Part shown: one piece after another, positions 23,703 through 35,389 of the stretch
How positions within the stretch are numbered: the first letter of the stretch is position 1
How the letters are laid out: each line of letters begins with the position of its first letter
Origin: Fimbriosthenelais zetlandica
Taxonomy: Eukaryota
NCBI GenBank assembly: GCA_977030845.1
Contig: OZ365110.1
Coordinates: 55,738,001 to 55,802,000 of the forward strand
DNA length: 64,000 nucleotides
Direction: 5' to 3'
The notes under the pieces: model-generated
Seen by the model: the letters and a program-made list of their open reading frames with translations, nothing else
Databases searched by the model: none
What the model was told of the DNA's origin: nothing
Program-made: the position numbers and the translations under genes

Positions 23703-23768
23703 CAGAGCGTCTATTTGTACATATTCAACCGGCGAGTATTCGCTGGCGGGTTCACGGGCGGCGGCCAT
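23703..23768 (-). CDS. EIF3H: eIF3 subunit H, exon 1
   Basis: aagATGG start; MAAAREPASEYSPVEYVQIDAL|gtacgt; phase 0 joins exon 2. Confidence 0.93.
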
Positions 23769-23975
23769 CTTGACGAGAAGGTAGTCTCGTGGCCGCGAGA
23801 TTTCCCGAGATAAGCTGAAAAACGTAATTAAAATCCAATCTAAGGTTATATTACGATCATAATCTATTTTACTTGTTTGTATTTCGCGTCCGTATTAATA
23901 AATAACTCAGTATATTGTGAAATTCACCCCCTCACATTTCTACTAACGTCACTTCCGGTAAGATGGCCGCGCCCA
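23760..23975. promoter_or_regulatory. Bidirectional promoter between EIF3H and UTP23
   Basis: Divergent AAGATGGCCGC motifs on each side (minus about 23761-23771, plus 23960-23970), ETS core ACTTCCGG at 23951-23958, pyrimidine tract just upstream of the EIF3H ATG. Confidence 0.7.
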
Positions 23976-24103
23976 TGGCTCATGCTGGAAATGTGAAGTG
24001 GTGGTGAATTTTCGCTGCAGCAGACGTCCTCGGTGCGATAAAACAAGCGACGGATGGTTTTAGCGATTCATAGTGACCCAGTGGATGGATATTGTCAAGA
24101 GAG
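23960..24103 (+). other. UTP23: Candidate non-coding first exon of UTP23 (5'UTR intron 24104-24483)
   Basis: Donor GAG|gtatgt at 24104, acceptor ttccag| ending 24483, in-frame TGA shortly before the UTP23 ATG. The TSS position is a guess. Confidence 0.5.
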
Positions 24104-24506
24104 GTATGTTACAGTACTGTGTTTTGGGTATGGGTGTCTGTTCTAAATCGTCAACATTGGTTTTGGCTTGGGAAGATAGGCCTACGCACTGACACTGTCA
24201 GACTGTCACTGTCTGTCGCACTGACACTGTTCGTAGTAGGTGGCAGTGACTGCAGGGGCGGTATTTTAAGAAGAAAGTCGGGTGTGTGTGTGTGTGTGGG
24301 GGGGGGGGGTTAGAATTAGGGTTAACTTTTACCTTATGGTTGGTGTTAATTCTATCCCTCAAAATTGGGGGGGGGGGGGGGCAGGAGACTGGGTCCGTCT
24401 TGTATATAGAGTCTACATCAAAAATTTTTATAATTAAATGCTCTGATAATTTTGCCACTAACTCAATTTCTTTTAAATTCCAGGTTTTTTTAACCAGTGA
24501 CTAAAA

Positions 24507-24723
24507 ATGAAGATTAAACGGCAGAAACACGTGAGGAGGATCCTGAGTTTTTACAAAAGTAACTTTGGTGTTTCACCTCCATATAACATCCTGATTGATG
24601 GCACCTTCTGTAAATCAGCTCTCACGTTCAAAGTCAATGTTAGTGAACAGCTGCCAAAATACCTCGACTCAGACGTCAAGCTTCAAACCACCAAGTGCGC
24701 CATAGCCGAGTGTGAATCATTTG
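24507..24723 (+). CDS. UTP23: rRNA-processing protein UTP23, coding exon 1
   Basis: MKIKRQKHVRRILSFYKSNFG..PPYNILIDGTFCKSAL...EQLPKYL; donor G|gtaag. Confidence 0.97.
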
Positions 24724-25067
24724 GTAAGATTTGTTTCTGTTTTGTTCTTAAACTAAATAACTGTATTCTTCTCAAATGGTTTGTCATTATGATTATATAT
24801 ATATTTTTTTAAATTGATGAGGTAGTATCTTCTTATTAAAATGCTGTTCAACTACACATGAATTAATACCAACAGTATAACAATTGTAAATTCCTTAAAT
24901 TTAAATTAATTTTCAGGCCCAGCCACACGCTTATTGGCTGCTAATTAATTACAATATGTATATGCCAAAGTATTTTTCTATTGGTAGGACTGTCTGAGAA
25001 TTTTTTTATGAGACAAATATAAAATTTATATTATCTAAATATAAATAGTTGTATTTTCCCCCTCCAG

Positions 25068-25219
25068 GAACAGTGCTGTATGGTCCTGTGAAGATATTGC
25101 GGCAGTTCCAGCTCGTGGATTGTGGACACGAGGAACCCGTCCCGGCAGCTAAATGCTTCCACCGCATGGCAAGAAAAGCCAGGAAAGGAAAGACAAGGAA
25201 ATTCATCTTTGCCACTCAG
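25068..25219 (+). CDS. UTP23: UTP23 coding exon 2
   Basis: ctccag|GA ... CAG|gtaata; TVLYGPVKILRQFQLVDCGHEEPVPAAKC...FIFATQ. Confidence 0.96.
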
Positions 25220-25551
25220 GTAATATTTTCCTCGTGAGATAATTCAAAATAAACATATTCATAGAATATTTAGCTTCATATGAATATAAATATCTTAACA
25301 TATGATATATTTAAATACGATTAACATAAATATGAAATTTTAATATGATAAACATTATATTATAAACACTTTTTGCCACTTTTTAATCTTTATATACTTG
25401 CACTTCTTGGTGATTAAGTTTTTAAAACTACAGTACTCTATATCTTCTCTGCCACTTGTCATTGTCAACATTTCCGATTTTCAATAAGATCCAAATATTT
25501 ACTTTTAGTTTTATGTCTATTAAAGTGTACTCATTGTTATTTTTCTTGCAG

Positions 25552-25905
25552 GACCAGGAGTTAAGTAAACATATAAGGAACACGGCCGGTACCCCCCTCC
25601 TCTACATCTCCCATAACGCTATAACACTGGAGGCGCCATCACGAAAAACACAAACCAAGGCTGAGACGGATATAGCTGAGAAACTCAACCCAGTCTCAGC
25701 AATCAAACAGTTAAAAAAAGAAACTCTAGGTGAAGAAGAAGCTCCCCAAAAGAAACGCAAGAGAAAGATGAAAGGACCCAATCCTTTGTCTTGTAAAAAG
25801 AGCAAAAAGAAGACAACTGTGATCAGTGGTAGAGTGGACAAAAAGAAACGTACAAGACATAGGAGGATTCATAATCCTAAACATGTCCAAGAGACCTCAA
25901 CGTAG
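25552..25905 (+). CDS. UTP23: UTP23 coding exon 3 (last)
   Basis: ttgcag|GAC; DQELSKHIRNTAGTPLLYI...KGPNPLSCKK...*; total 723 nt = 240 aa + stop; AATAAA at 25949. Confidence 0.97.
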   Translation, partial: DQELSKHIRNTAGTPLLYISHNAITLEAPSRKTQTKAETDIAEKLNPVSAIKQLKKETLGEEEAPQKKRKRKMKGPNPLSCKKSKKKTTVISGRVDKKKRTRHRRIHNPKHVQETST

Positions 25906-26349
25906 AATTAATTTTTTTTTGCATTTTTATGTGTTCTGTTGAAATTTAAATAAATCGTCCATTATGCGCTGATATACTCATTCAAATGTTTCAATAATGT
26001 TTGACAATTTTTATTTTTTCCTATTGTCCCATTTATAAGAGTTTATATATTAAAGTTCCATATTAACAGTATTAGTCCTTGTACTTATCATATGACCATA
26101 TGGCGCTGTGTATGCATCATGCCAGGGAAAACAATCAATTCCATATAATTTAGTTTTCTTTGCAGTCTCATAATCTCCCATTAAAATTGCCTATTAATGA
26201 GAATAATAATTCTAACAAAAATAAACCGGACCTATAACTGTAGAGAACATGAGTTGATTAATAATCATTAGCTTTGTGTCCCCTACTCACCCTTCCCCAC
26301 ACTTAAATTCTAGTCCTCAACTACAATAGTAAACCGTACATAGACTTAA

Positions 26350-26543
26350 GGTGCCCACACACTAATCCGAGTCTCTATCCGATACCTGTCCGATTTTATA
26401 TTTCTCTTCACACAAAGTACTTGTAATTTTAACAGTCCCTTACACCTAGGTAAGGCTAACCACTGACACGAATCCAATCATTGGATGTCATTAGAAATGG
26501 ATGATCGGATGGTGACGGAGAATCGGATTAGTGTGTGCGCACC
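26350..26543. mobile_element. 194-bp MITE flanked by TTAA
   Basis: ttaa|GGTGCCCACACACTAATCCGA ... TCGGATTAGTGTGTGCGCACC|ttaa; 21-bp TIR with one mismatch. Kolobok-like (TTAA TSD) or Harbinger-like (TAA/TTA TSD). Confidence 0.85.
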
Positions 26544-27781
26544 TTAAGGTGTATTAAAACTTGGAGTGTGCGTTAACATGCGTTATATTATAAACGATCA
26601 CCGCGGGCTTCCATCCTCCATGCCTCCATGTAAACCTGCTCATGTAGAGTAAAACCCAGCTCCGTTATTACGCTAATATCCATCCCCAATTAAACACGCA
26701 AAAACCTCCTTTCTTCCCACGCCAGCAGGAATTATCATGTTTAATTGGTGAGGAATTAGCTAACACAGGGTTTTAACAGGCCTGTGAATTTTCATTTAGA
26801 GGGGAGCAGATAAGATAAGAAAAGTGAAGAGGAATGTTTATGGGGGTATTAATAAGGCAGTCTTCATTTACCTCTGGGCGATGAACTTAAAAAAATCTGT
26901 GCAGCGCACCCGGTTAAGGGACGGCAGTTAAATAATGATTAGCAATTATTAGTCCGATTGTTAATCCAAATGAGTAATTCAGTGTTCAATCTGGGACAAT
27001 TATCGATAACCTTTAGATAAAAATCCTCGCCTAATGGCTTGGGAAACAGGCTGCGCTCGAGCCCCCAAGGCGCAGGGAAGGGAGACGATGCTGCGAAATG
27101 CCGCGTGGTGGCGCATGCGGCAAGAGGTGGATTTTGTATGGAGGGTTATATGGATATGGTGTCTCCTCGTCACTGAAACGGCTGAATGATACAATACTGA
27201 TCTGACAAAAATAGTTTGGGGGATTTTCAAGCGAGGATTATCGTTATACAATCGTAAATTATTGGATTTTTTTTAATTTAGGATGAAAGATACAAATTCT
27301 AAAATTGAAATATATGGGCCTACAAACTCTAACCAAATGATTCTCGATGAAACATACTTGGATGTAACTTTTTGAGCTCGATGTAACTGTCTCAATCTCA
27401 GATATAACTGTCTCAATCTTAGATGTAACTGTAAGACTGTAGTAGACACTGGCCTTTACGCGGGCTGCCTGATTGACCTCGCCAGTCCCTCACCAATCAA
27501 TCCCTGGTCGACAAGAAGTAGTAATCCCGCTGACTCAATTAGTAAGAATTAGATCAGTCCACTAACCCACCGCCGTGTCCCCGGGCGGGGGAGAGGGCCA
27601 GATGGTCGGGGGAGAAGGGTTGATGTAGGCCCTATAGGTCGGTCCTCTACTTCAGACGACTAGAGGAGATCCCGACTACTCGCACGACCCTGTCTGTCGA
27701 TATAGGCTCACATAGGGCGTTCATACATGGGCAATCTGAAGGTTTCTCGCACGATTTCTCTTCTTTTCCACATGAAAATTA

Positions 27782-28150
27782 TTTCTAATAATCGAACCAC
27801 ATCAGATATCTGTTGTTGTTTTTGGGGTGGAACTTTAAAATCATGTTCTTTTCCTAGCTGATGTAACCTTCTGTATACGTATTGCCTAAAGCGTGATGTC
27901 CATTGGGCTAGTAGTATAAGAAAACGACCGTTACATTAAGGCAATGTCAATTCCCTTTGAAATATTTCTAATAGGCCTAATCGAACAACATCAGATATAC
28001 GTTGTTGTTTGTTCAATGTAAATTTACAATATTGTTCTATCCCTAGCTGATGTAACCTTATTTATATATGCTAAAGGGTGATGTCCATTGGGGTAGTAGT
28101 ATAAGGAAACCACCGTTATATCCAGGCAATGGCCATTTCCCGGGCAATAA
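27782..28150. repeat. Diverged tandem duplication of a ~185-bp unit (2 copies)
   Basis: Shared blocks taatcgaac..catcagatat, cctagctgatgtaacctt, gtgatgtccattggg.tagtagtataag recur about 185 bp apart. Confidence 0.85.
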
Positions 28151-28529
28151 TCTAGTCTAATTTATTAATGTTATGGCATAAAATTACACATATTGAAGCC
28201 TCAATTTCACTGGCGTTTGAATTTATGATTGTGAATATGAAGTATTTGACCTAGGCCTCTATGTGGGCCTGGTTTGCAGTGAATGGCGAGGTCTGCGGTG
28301 GCGCCCGTAGACCGCTGGCGGCATCTGACGGTGAAAACATGAACCATAAGCGAACTATACAAGCTTGGTTTTATCAATATCCATGATGATCTTTCACATC
28401 TTGTACCATCATTATTCCATTGATGACTTCCTAAAACTTCACTACATAGCCAGAAGTGAAGACCTATATTTGAAACCTTCCAAAAACTTTACTGAATTTA
28501 CTATTCATTTCACCGACAAGATATGCCTG

Positions 28530-28742
28530 GGCGCTGCTAACTGGGATAGGCATATTAAAGGCCAGCCATGTCTTCCAAGGTCTATGGTGAGAGGCATGTA
28601 AAAGAAACATTGTTGCCATTGGAAAAGAGCAGATTATTATGAGCCGACAGCGGGTTTCCTTCTCGTCCTGCAAAAAAAAAGAGAAAGAAAAATGGCAGTC
28701 TGGACGTTAAACAAATAGGCCTATTCACTGAATCGCTCACTT
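28530..28742 (+). mobile_element. Nin-type SINE body (5' truncated)
   Basis: gctgctaactgggata...ggccagccatgtc...gaggcatgtaaaagaa...gaaaagagcag...gccgacagcgggtttcc...gacgttaaacaa, ending in a TCAC-like tail. Confidence 0.8.
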
Positions 28743-29579
28743 GGGTTCCCCCTTTTTTGGGTTATATCCCTTTTTATTGTGGAACACAAAAACATGTGTG
28801 ATAAGGACATGTATGTATTGATCCCCTAGACGATGCCCTTTTTGTTGTTTTTGCTCCCCCTCGTGGACGATATTTACGTTGCGCTAGAAGCTTTGATCTC
28901 TTAAAACTAAGATCAGAACGTAGTGGGAGCGCGGCATTTGGTCGGCGCCCGTATCTGCCCATCTCAAACTTAATCAATCGTGATGATATGAAAACATTGA
29001 ACCACCCCCCCCCCCCCCCCCCGGTCCAACCCCAACCCTCTCTCTCACTATATGACCAAGCAATCTGATCATGACAAAAAATCATCACAGAAGTAATTTA
29101 CATGTTCATCCATTTTTGCAGTGTCTTTCCTATAGGTGTATTGCATATTTTTGCCTAAGTATATTGTTCAAAAAAGACTTATCTTCATAAATTTATGTTT
29201 CAAAATGATGTACAAAAAGGAGCGAGAAGTCAATGAAATAATCGAACTATCCCAATGAAAAAAGCTCTTTGTTTGTATGCTTTTTAACTTGTTTCTACAC
29301 AATCATCCTAGAACCATGTAATCAGGCACTTTTTTCTCAACACTTGTTTGCACATTCTGGAGAAAAAAAATCACCAAAAAAAATCCTTAAAACGTGTGTG
29401 GGGTGAAATGATTGTTTTACACGCTACATGGAGATGGGAGAGGTAGTGGGAGAGAGAGAGGAGCGTGTTTTGTTCTCACGTGGCGAACTAAACACTAAAG
29501 CCTGGTGTAGACAAGATGCCGGTATAACAGCTCTGTGGCTGGAGGCTACAGTGCCTCAGTACACGTGCCACCGCCATGC

Positions 29580-30200
29580 CACAATGGAGGCCTCTCCTCC
29601 ATCGTAACAACCCTATCATTTGCGTCTTTTGTCATCAGGATCGGCCTCCCCTCATTAGCCGAGGAAAAGAGCCTTGCAAAGAATTCAAAGGTTAGCGGAA
29701 AAAGACCCAATCGCTGCTCCGACTCGGCCAAGCAAACCGTTTCTTGTTTCTTCCAAAGTGGCCGCACACTGAGAGGTTACGACCCCTCCCTTCATAATGC
29801 AAATGCTTCCCTTTTGAGCCAATCGCGATTGCTCCGACAATTTTCCACTCGCATGCTAAACAATCGCGTTTCAGAAGGAGAGGAGCGACAGAGAAAAGAA
29901 AGGATGATAAAAAAGCAGGGTGATTGGGATAACATAGTTAATTAAGAGAGTGGGGGTAGCTGATTAGAGCGTCTCCCACAAAGACAATGCTCAAACGCGA
30001 CTCAACCTTTTTAGTTGAGCAACTCAAATGAAAGCAGTGAGCAACTCGCGTCATGACACGAGCATAAATTGCCCGGCCGCCCACAAATGACCCATATTAA
30101 GGTCTTACATCTCCAGCTCAAGTAATGATCCCGCCTTATTTTCTACCTCTTCCCCCCCCCCCCCCCCCCTCCCCCCTCGTTTTCTAAATTCTATCCATCT
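29580..30200 (+). promoter_or_regulatory. Promoter-like block upstream of a candidate first exon
   Basis: CpG-enriched, CCAAT boxes (about 29707, 29819; ATTGG about 29923), Sox-like ACAAT sites, TAAT cores. Motif-level evidence only. Confidence 0.35.
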
Positions 30201-30546
30201 AGTCTGGTCCAAGCGAGCAAGTGAGCGTCGCGCGGAAACTATTTCGCATGGATCGTTAAAAGAAATAGAAAAGATTGTGTTGCGGGGAGAGGCCATCAGT
30301 AGACCACCGAGCCTCTTTGAAGACGATTTCACGGCCGCATTATCGAGTCGAAATTTGTGCAATTCACTCGCCCCATACCTGGAGGCGGCAGCCGCAATAC
30401 TATAATCCCATTTGGCCGCGGCTTCCCGCCATTTGCCGCAGTCAATTTCAGCGTCTGCGCCAAACCAGGAAACAGCATCAAACAACAATATTCTGTCCGC
30501 CACAGAGTCCAATAAGGCAGACTTTTGTTGCATGTAGTTTGGATGT

Positions 30547-30570
30547 ATGAAGGCCGAGTCCCGGCGCATG
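30547..30570 (+). CDS. Candidate coding end of a first exon of an unidentified gene (MKAESRRM)
   Basis: ATG AAG GCC GAG TCC CGG CGC ATG then consensus donor gtgagc, with an upstream in-frame stop. No matching second exon found in the window. Confidence 0.3.
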
Positions 30571-32009
30571 GTGAGCTTGATTAGATCCTCACACTTCCAT
30601 CCGTGTTGATCCAGTTAGGGCAACAAGTCCCGCCACCAACCGGCGCTAAATCCCCACCAAATTTCCTCCGCCGCTCCCGCCAATTGTCGTCAGCGAAAAA
30701 AGTTAACGCAATGTGATCCCTTCCCCGCACCACGCGCCGCGCGAAATACAAGCCATCATCACCAAACGCGACAAATCACAATATTATTCCTAGTTCACGA
30801 GGGAAAAAAGAGATTTTTGTATCTTGTATTTAACTGATTGTATAGGTAGGGCCTGCCATCCATCCAGAACAAATTGTGAGCATTTGGGGAGAAATCTAGC
30901 GCGGGATTTTGACATCGCCTGCGGTCACCAAGCAATCAATAGCGGGGAAAGTTTTTACCGGTCGGTGACCGCAAGGGAATCGGGAGAGTGACCACCGAGT
31001 TGTAGTGTGGTCTCTCCTGAGGTCCAGCCTGGATGGACAGTGAACTGAAGCTAGTGTGATGATCATGGGAAGGGAAGATTGCTATCTCCTTGTCGCCTCA
31101 ACCTGACCACGGGCTATGGCGGTCGGTGTAGGGGAGGGAGGGAGGGGGATCCTGTCCACGGGCTATACTCCCCGCCCCTCCCGCCCGCCTGCCCAGCTGA
31201 CCCGGTGTCGCCGACATCACCCACCTGAGGCGGCTGCCATTTACTGTCATTTTTCGCCCCCTCCTCCTCCTCCTCCCCCTTTTACACCTAGCTGAGTCTA
31301 CTCTAACACAAACCGTGCCCAAGGCTGGCACCAAGATGAAACAATCCAGCCCTCCCGCCCCGTCAATAAATTCATAATATCGAACATCGCTTAAAGGTAT
31401 AACTGTCAGTGCTTATATAGGCAGAAGTCGCCGTCCTGCCGCACTCACAACTGACTTGGACTGCATTGGGATCTTTCCCTTCCCCTGTGTATAACATTTA
31501 AACTCGATTCACGAATCTTTAACTCTGATAGCATGGATGCTCTACACCCCTCCTCCACACCTGCCACCTATATAACGGCTCGGAGTACCTGTTCAAAACA
31601 CCTGGGGATTTGTAATTAATTTTTGCGGATAATAATTTAAAGGTGTTGCATAATATTCAGCAGATATAACCGATACAATGTGTAAGTATTAAATTCAACT
31701 TTTATATTATGTACACAGACTAGACAAAACTATTGCAGTATAATTGTTTGAGGATTTAGCAATGACGCAATGTTGCAACATGTTTTTCTAGCATGGAGAC
31801 CTATATGGCTCTTCAGCTTCAATAACAAATTATTCAGTAATTTTTTTTGTAGATTTGTTAGAATTTCTAGCCCAGTATAAGGTTACATCTTATCGCCACT
31901 TTTCGCTTGGTCGCGCAATGATCGAATCCATGCCTGAGAGTTCTGTAAGGAATGCCTATTGGCTTTCTTAAGGGGGCGTCCCATAAAATTATATGTCTCT
32001 TCAACCAAT

Positions 32010-32235
32010 GTCGCGCCTTTCTTTCTCTCCCCTCTCTGTCCCTGTGTCTAGCTCCCTTCTCTTATCTTTCTCGCTTCACTTTTCTCTTCACTCTCTCTCC
32101 CCTCCTTCTCTCGCACCTCTCTCCCTCTCATCTCTCTCTCTCTCTCTCTTTGACTCCTCTTTCTTTCTGTCTCTCTCTCCCCTCCTTCCCTCTCCGTCTC
32201 ATCTCTCTCTCCCACTCATCTCTCTCGTCTCTGTA
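32010..32235. repeat. (CT)-rich low-complexity tract
   Basis: Degenerate tctc repeats directly left of the 82-bp array. Confidence 0.9.
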
Positions 32236-32238
32236 TCC

Positions 32239-32816
32239 TCAGCTGTAGCATAACGCGCATCTCTGATGTTGCGCATCTTTCTTGTGAGACGCGCCCCCCA
32301 CTGATTACAGGCCTAGTTACAGAGCTGTAGCATAACGCGCATCTCTGATGTTGCGCATCTTTCCTGTGAGACGCCCCCTGACTGATTACAGGACTAGTGA
32401 CAGAGCTGTAGCATAACGCGCATCTCTGATGTTGCGCATCTTTGTTGTGAGACGCGCCCCCCACTGATTACAGGCCTAGTTACAGAGCTGTAGCATAACG
32501 CGCATCTCTGATGTTGCGCATCTTTCCTGTGAGACGCGCCCCTGACTGATTACAGGACTAGTGACAGAGCTGTAGCATAACGCGCATCTCTGATGTTGCG
32601 CATCTTTGTTGTGAGACGCGCCCCTGACTGATTACAGGACTAGTTACAGAGCTGTAGCATAACGCGCATCTCTGATCTTGCGCATCTTTCCTGTGAGACG
32701 CGCCCCTGACTGATTACAGGCCTAGTTACAGAGCTGTAGCATAACGCGCATCTCTGATCTTGCGCATCTTTCCTGTGAGACGCGCCCCTCACTGATTACA
32801 GGCCTAGTTACAGAGC
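32239..32816. repeat. 82-bp minisatellite, 7 copies
   Basis: Unit agagctgtagcataacgcgcatctctgatgttgcgcatctttcctgtgagacgcgcccctgactgattacaggactagttac; starts near 32240, 32321, 32402, 32484, 32566, 32648, 32730. Confidence 0.97.
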
Positions 32817-35389
32817 CTGGTTCAAAGGTGAGGGCGCGGGCTCCCATTACTCCCTGTATTAGCCTAATACAAGAAGTCAGCCAGAAATTGGTCGCATTAC
32901 GCTAAGATTACGAGGACACGACCGCTAAGAGGGGCGACCGCTCCTCCCTCACTCCCCCCACACAGAGAAAACATAGAGGAATTACAGGGCTTAGACAAAA
33001 AGACAAGATAGGTGAGGATATTCACTCAGCTTTGAGAAAACCGCGAGAGAAAAAAAACGAGAAAAGGGCAGATAATATATTTCAAATGTCTATATATGAT
33101 CATAAAATATTAGAAAAATGTCAGTTTCAAAACATATTAGCCATATGGATTACTCGCACTCGATTAAAATATTGAAAAACCTACTGAAAAGTTGATGAAT
33201 TTTCAATTGATTAATTTTGTTTTGTGATCCATTGAAAAGAAACCTGCATGGGGAACATCTCAAAACCAATATTAAGGTCAATATTACTGGGACCAAGCTC
33301 AGGAAATTCAAAATATCGAGGCAAAATATTAGACACAAAGCCACCGAAGTATAAATAAAAACTGCTCGACCCTATTGTCCACTGTGAGCATTATATTCAC
33401 AGGAAGACTTTAGAAGAACTTTCCCTGACAAAAAGAACACTTTTATCTCAAGAACTATCTATCTATATACGCATCCAACCTGGTGGAAATAAGGGGATTT
33501 GAAAATAGCACCACACAAGCGGTGTTCACCCAGGAGTGTATAGGCCTTGTCTGTCTCTATAATAGCCCTACATCTCTCTATATACCAGAGAGCTGGTAGG
33601 GGGAGCCGAGACACAAATCCCTCACCATGCTTACAACAAGACAAATTTCTGCCCAGTGAAGCAAAGTGGAATGTAAAATAGTTGTGTTGTGAAGATTTCT
33701 TTAACAAATAAATGATAAGTATGCCAGTCTGGTTGCGCATCCCTCGACAATGCCAGATGTCCAACAACCAGCAAGACCCGACAAGCATGAAGCTGATTAT
33801 CAAGCGTAGATACAATACCTCCCCCTTCTCCCCCCCTTCTCTCCCTCTTTTCAGACTCAAAATCAGTGTATACCCTAAAGGCATGCAGCACAAGTACACA
33901 GGCAGCAAGTTCAAATTGAATAAACCTCTAACAGACTTCCCCCGTTTTTTTCCACATAATGAAGGATAAACATAAATTCCATTCACGTCGCCGGGCCCCA
34001 CGCGGTGAATGATGATATGCTGGCCAAATGACGTTTTGCTGCAGTAGGATTCGATTATTATCATTTCTGCACGACCCCGGCGCTTTCTCACCTATCAATG
34101 ATATGTTATACGTCCAACAAATGACAGGTCCTATTCCATTAACAGTATTAGTCCGCCCGAACAACACACAACACCTGTCAACTCGGTTTTGTCAACTGGG
34201 ATGTTAAAAATCCATTTAAAACTTTTTTATGATTCCTCACCTTTCATAAAGGACAATTATTGAAGTTAAGATGCAGAGGGGTTTTCAACCTCACAAAATA
34301 TTCTTGTAGAAAGTGAGAAATTATTACAAGACAATGCACATCACAAGATCATATATAGACAAAGTGTAGACAACAGATATTTTGATTGAATATAATTTTG
34401 TTCTTATAAGACTTTTAATTGATTTTTCAGTTGACGTAAACACAAGATAATCATGGTTTGAAGGAGACCAAGAATACACCGGAGGAAATACGCGAGGATT
34501 GATTTATCATAAAAACATTGACAAATGATCCAACGTTAACTGATCAGTGCTGACAATGGTGAGATGTTCATCATAAAATACAGATCCATTGCATTATTTA
34601 TTGCGAAGATATATGAAATTGGAACCTTTACCTTTGTCTTGTAAGAACTATAAAGAACTATAACAAGAATCGGTGAGATTCATATTTCGAGCTCGGATTA
34701 CATAAATTTATTTTCAACACGGATTTCTTTGCAACACAATGATACATAATACAGTACAATGGACAGACACGGGAATTCTAACTAACATTACCCAAATGTA
34801 TTGTCGTTGTACAGTATCACGAAGCAATAAAATTAACAATTTTTTCTAACAATTTTGTCTAAAAGATTGTTTAAATTACTATGTTATATATAACCTCACA
34901 TTGATCCTCAGCACATAAATTCATATCAATATCTGAACATCCCCAGCTTGAGGCTAATACTTTTATTTTCTATAAGTAATACATTTCTCTGTGAAATAGA
35001 TTCCTCAATGTAATTGAGTATAGATTTTCCAATCAAGCCCGCGTATCATTTACTTCATTGATTGATTTGTAACACATACCTACCGATAATACATGTACAT
35101 GTAACCGCACCGCTAGGGCACATCAACTTATCATTTTACATTCCCACCACAACATCCAAATTATCAGCGAAAAATCTAAATATTAATATAAGAAATTGAA
35201 ATATACTCTTTGGCATATTTTTTATGATTTGGTATTTGATTTAGAGATAATTTTGTGGAATAAAAGTATTTTGTACAATAAAGGGTTAGTGCTGATCTAG
35301 CAGGACTCAGTAGTACTCTCACCAGCCTCAGGGTTGTATCGATCCCTGCTCACATAGAAAGACAAGCCCGGGGGTTTACATGGTCTACA

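Noticed and set aside
28464-28673. Minus-strand ORF behind a strong polypyrimidine acceptor
   Set aside because: It is the antisense of a SINE, with no donor or partner exon.
29535-30569. ORFs of 136, 73, 154 and 91 aa in the promoter-like block, checked for RAD21 or TRPS1
   Set aside because: No recognisable domain or similarity; most start at non-ATG codons; open frames are expected in GC-richer DNA.
30918-30978. Inverted repeat tgcggtcacc...ggtgaccgca as a pre-miRNA
   Set aside because: Only about a 10-12 bp stem with a 35-nt unpaired interior.
32239-32816. CRISPR-like array
   Set aside because: The units are contiguous with no unique spacers, there are no cas genes, and the context is eukaryotic.
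33459-34091. 210-aa minus-strand ORF
   Set aside because: No domain similarity, non-ATG start, no convincing splice signals; likely chance.
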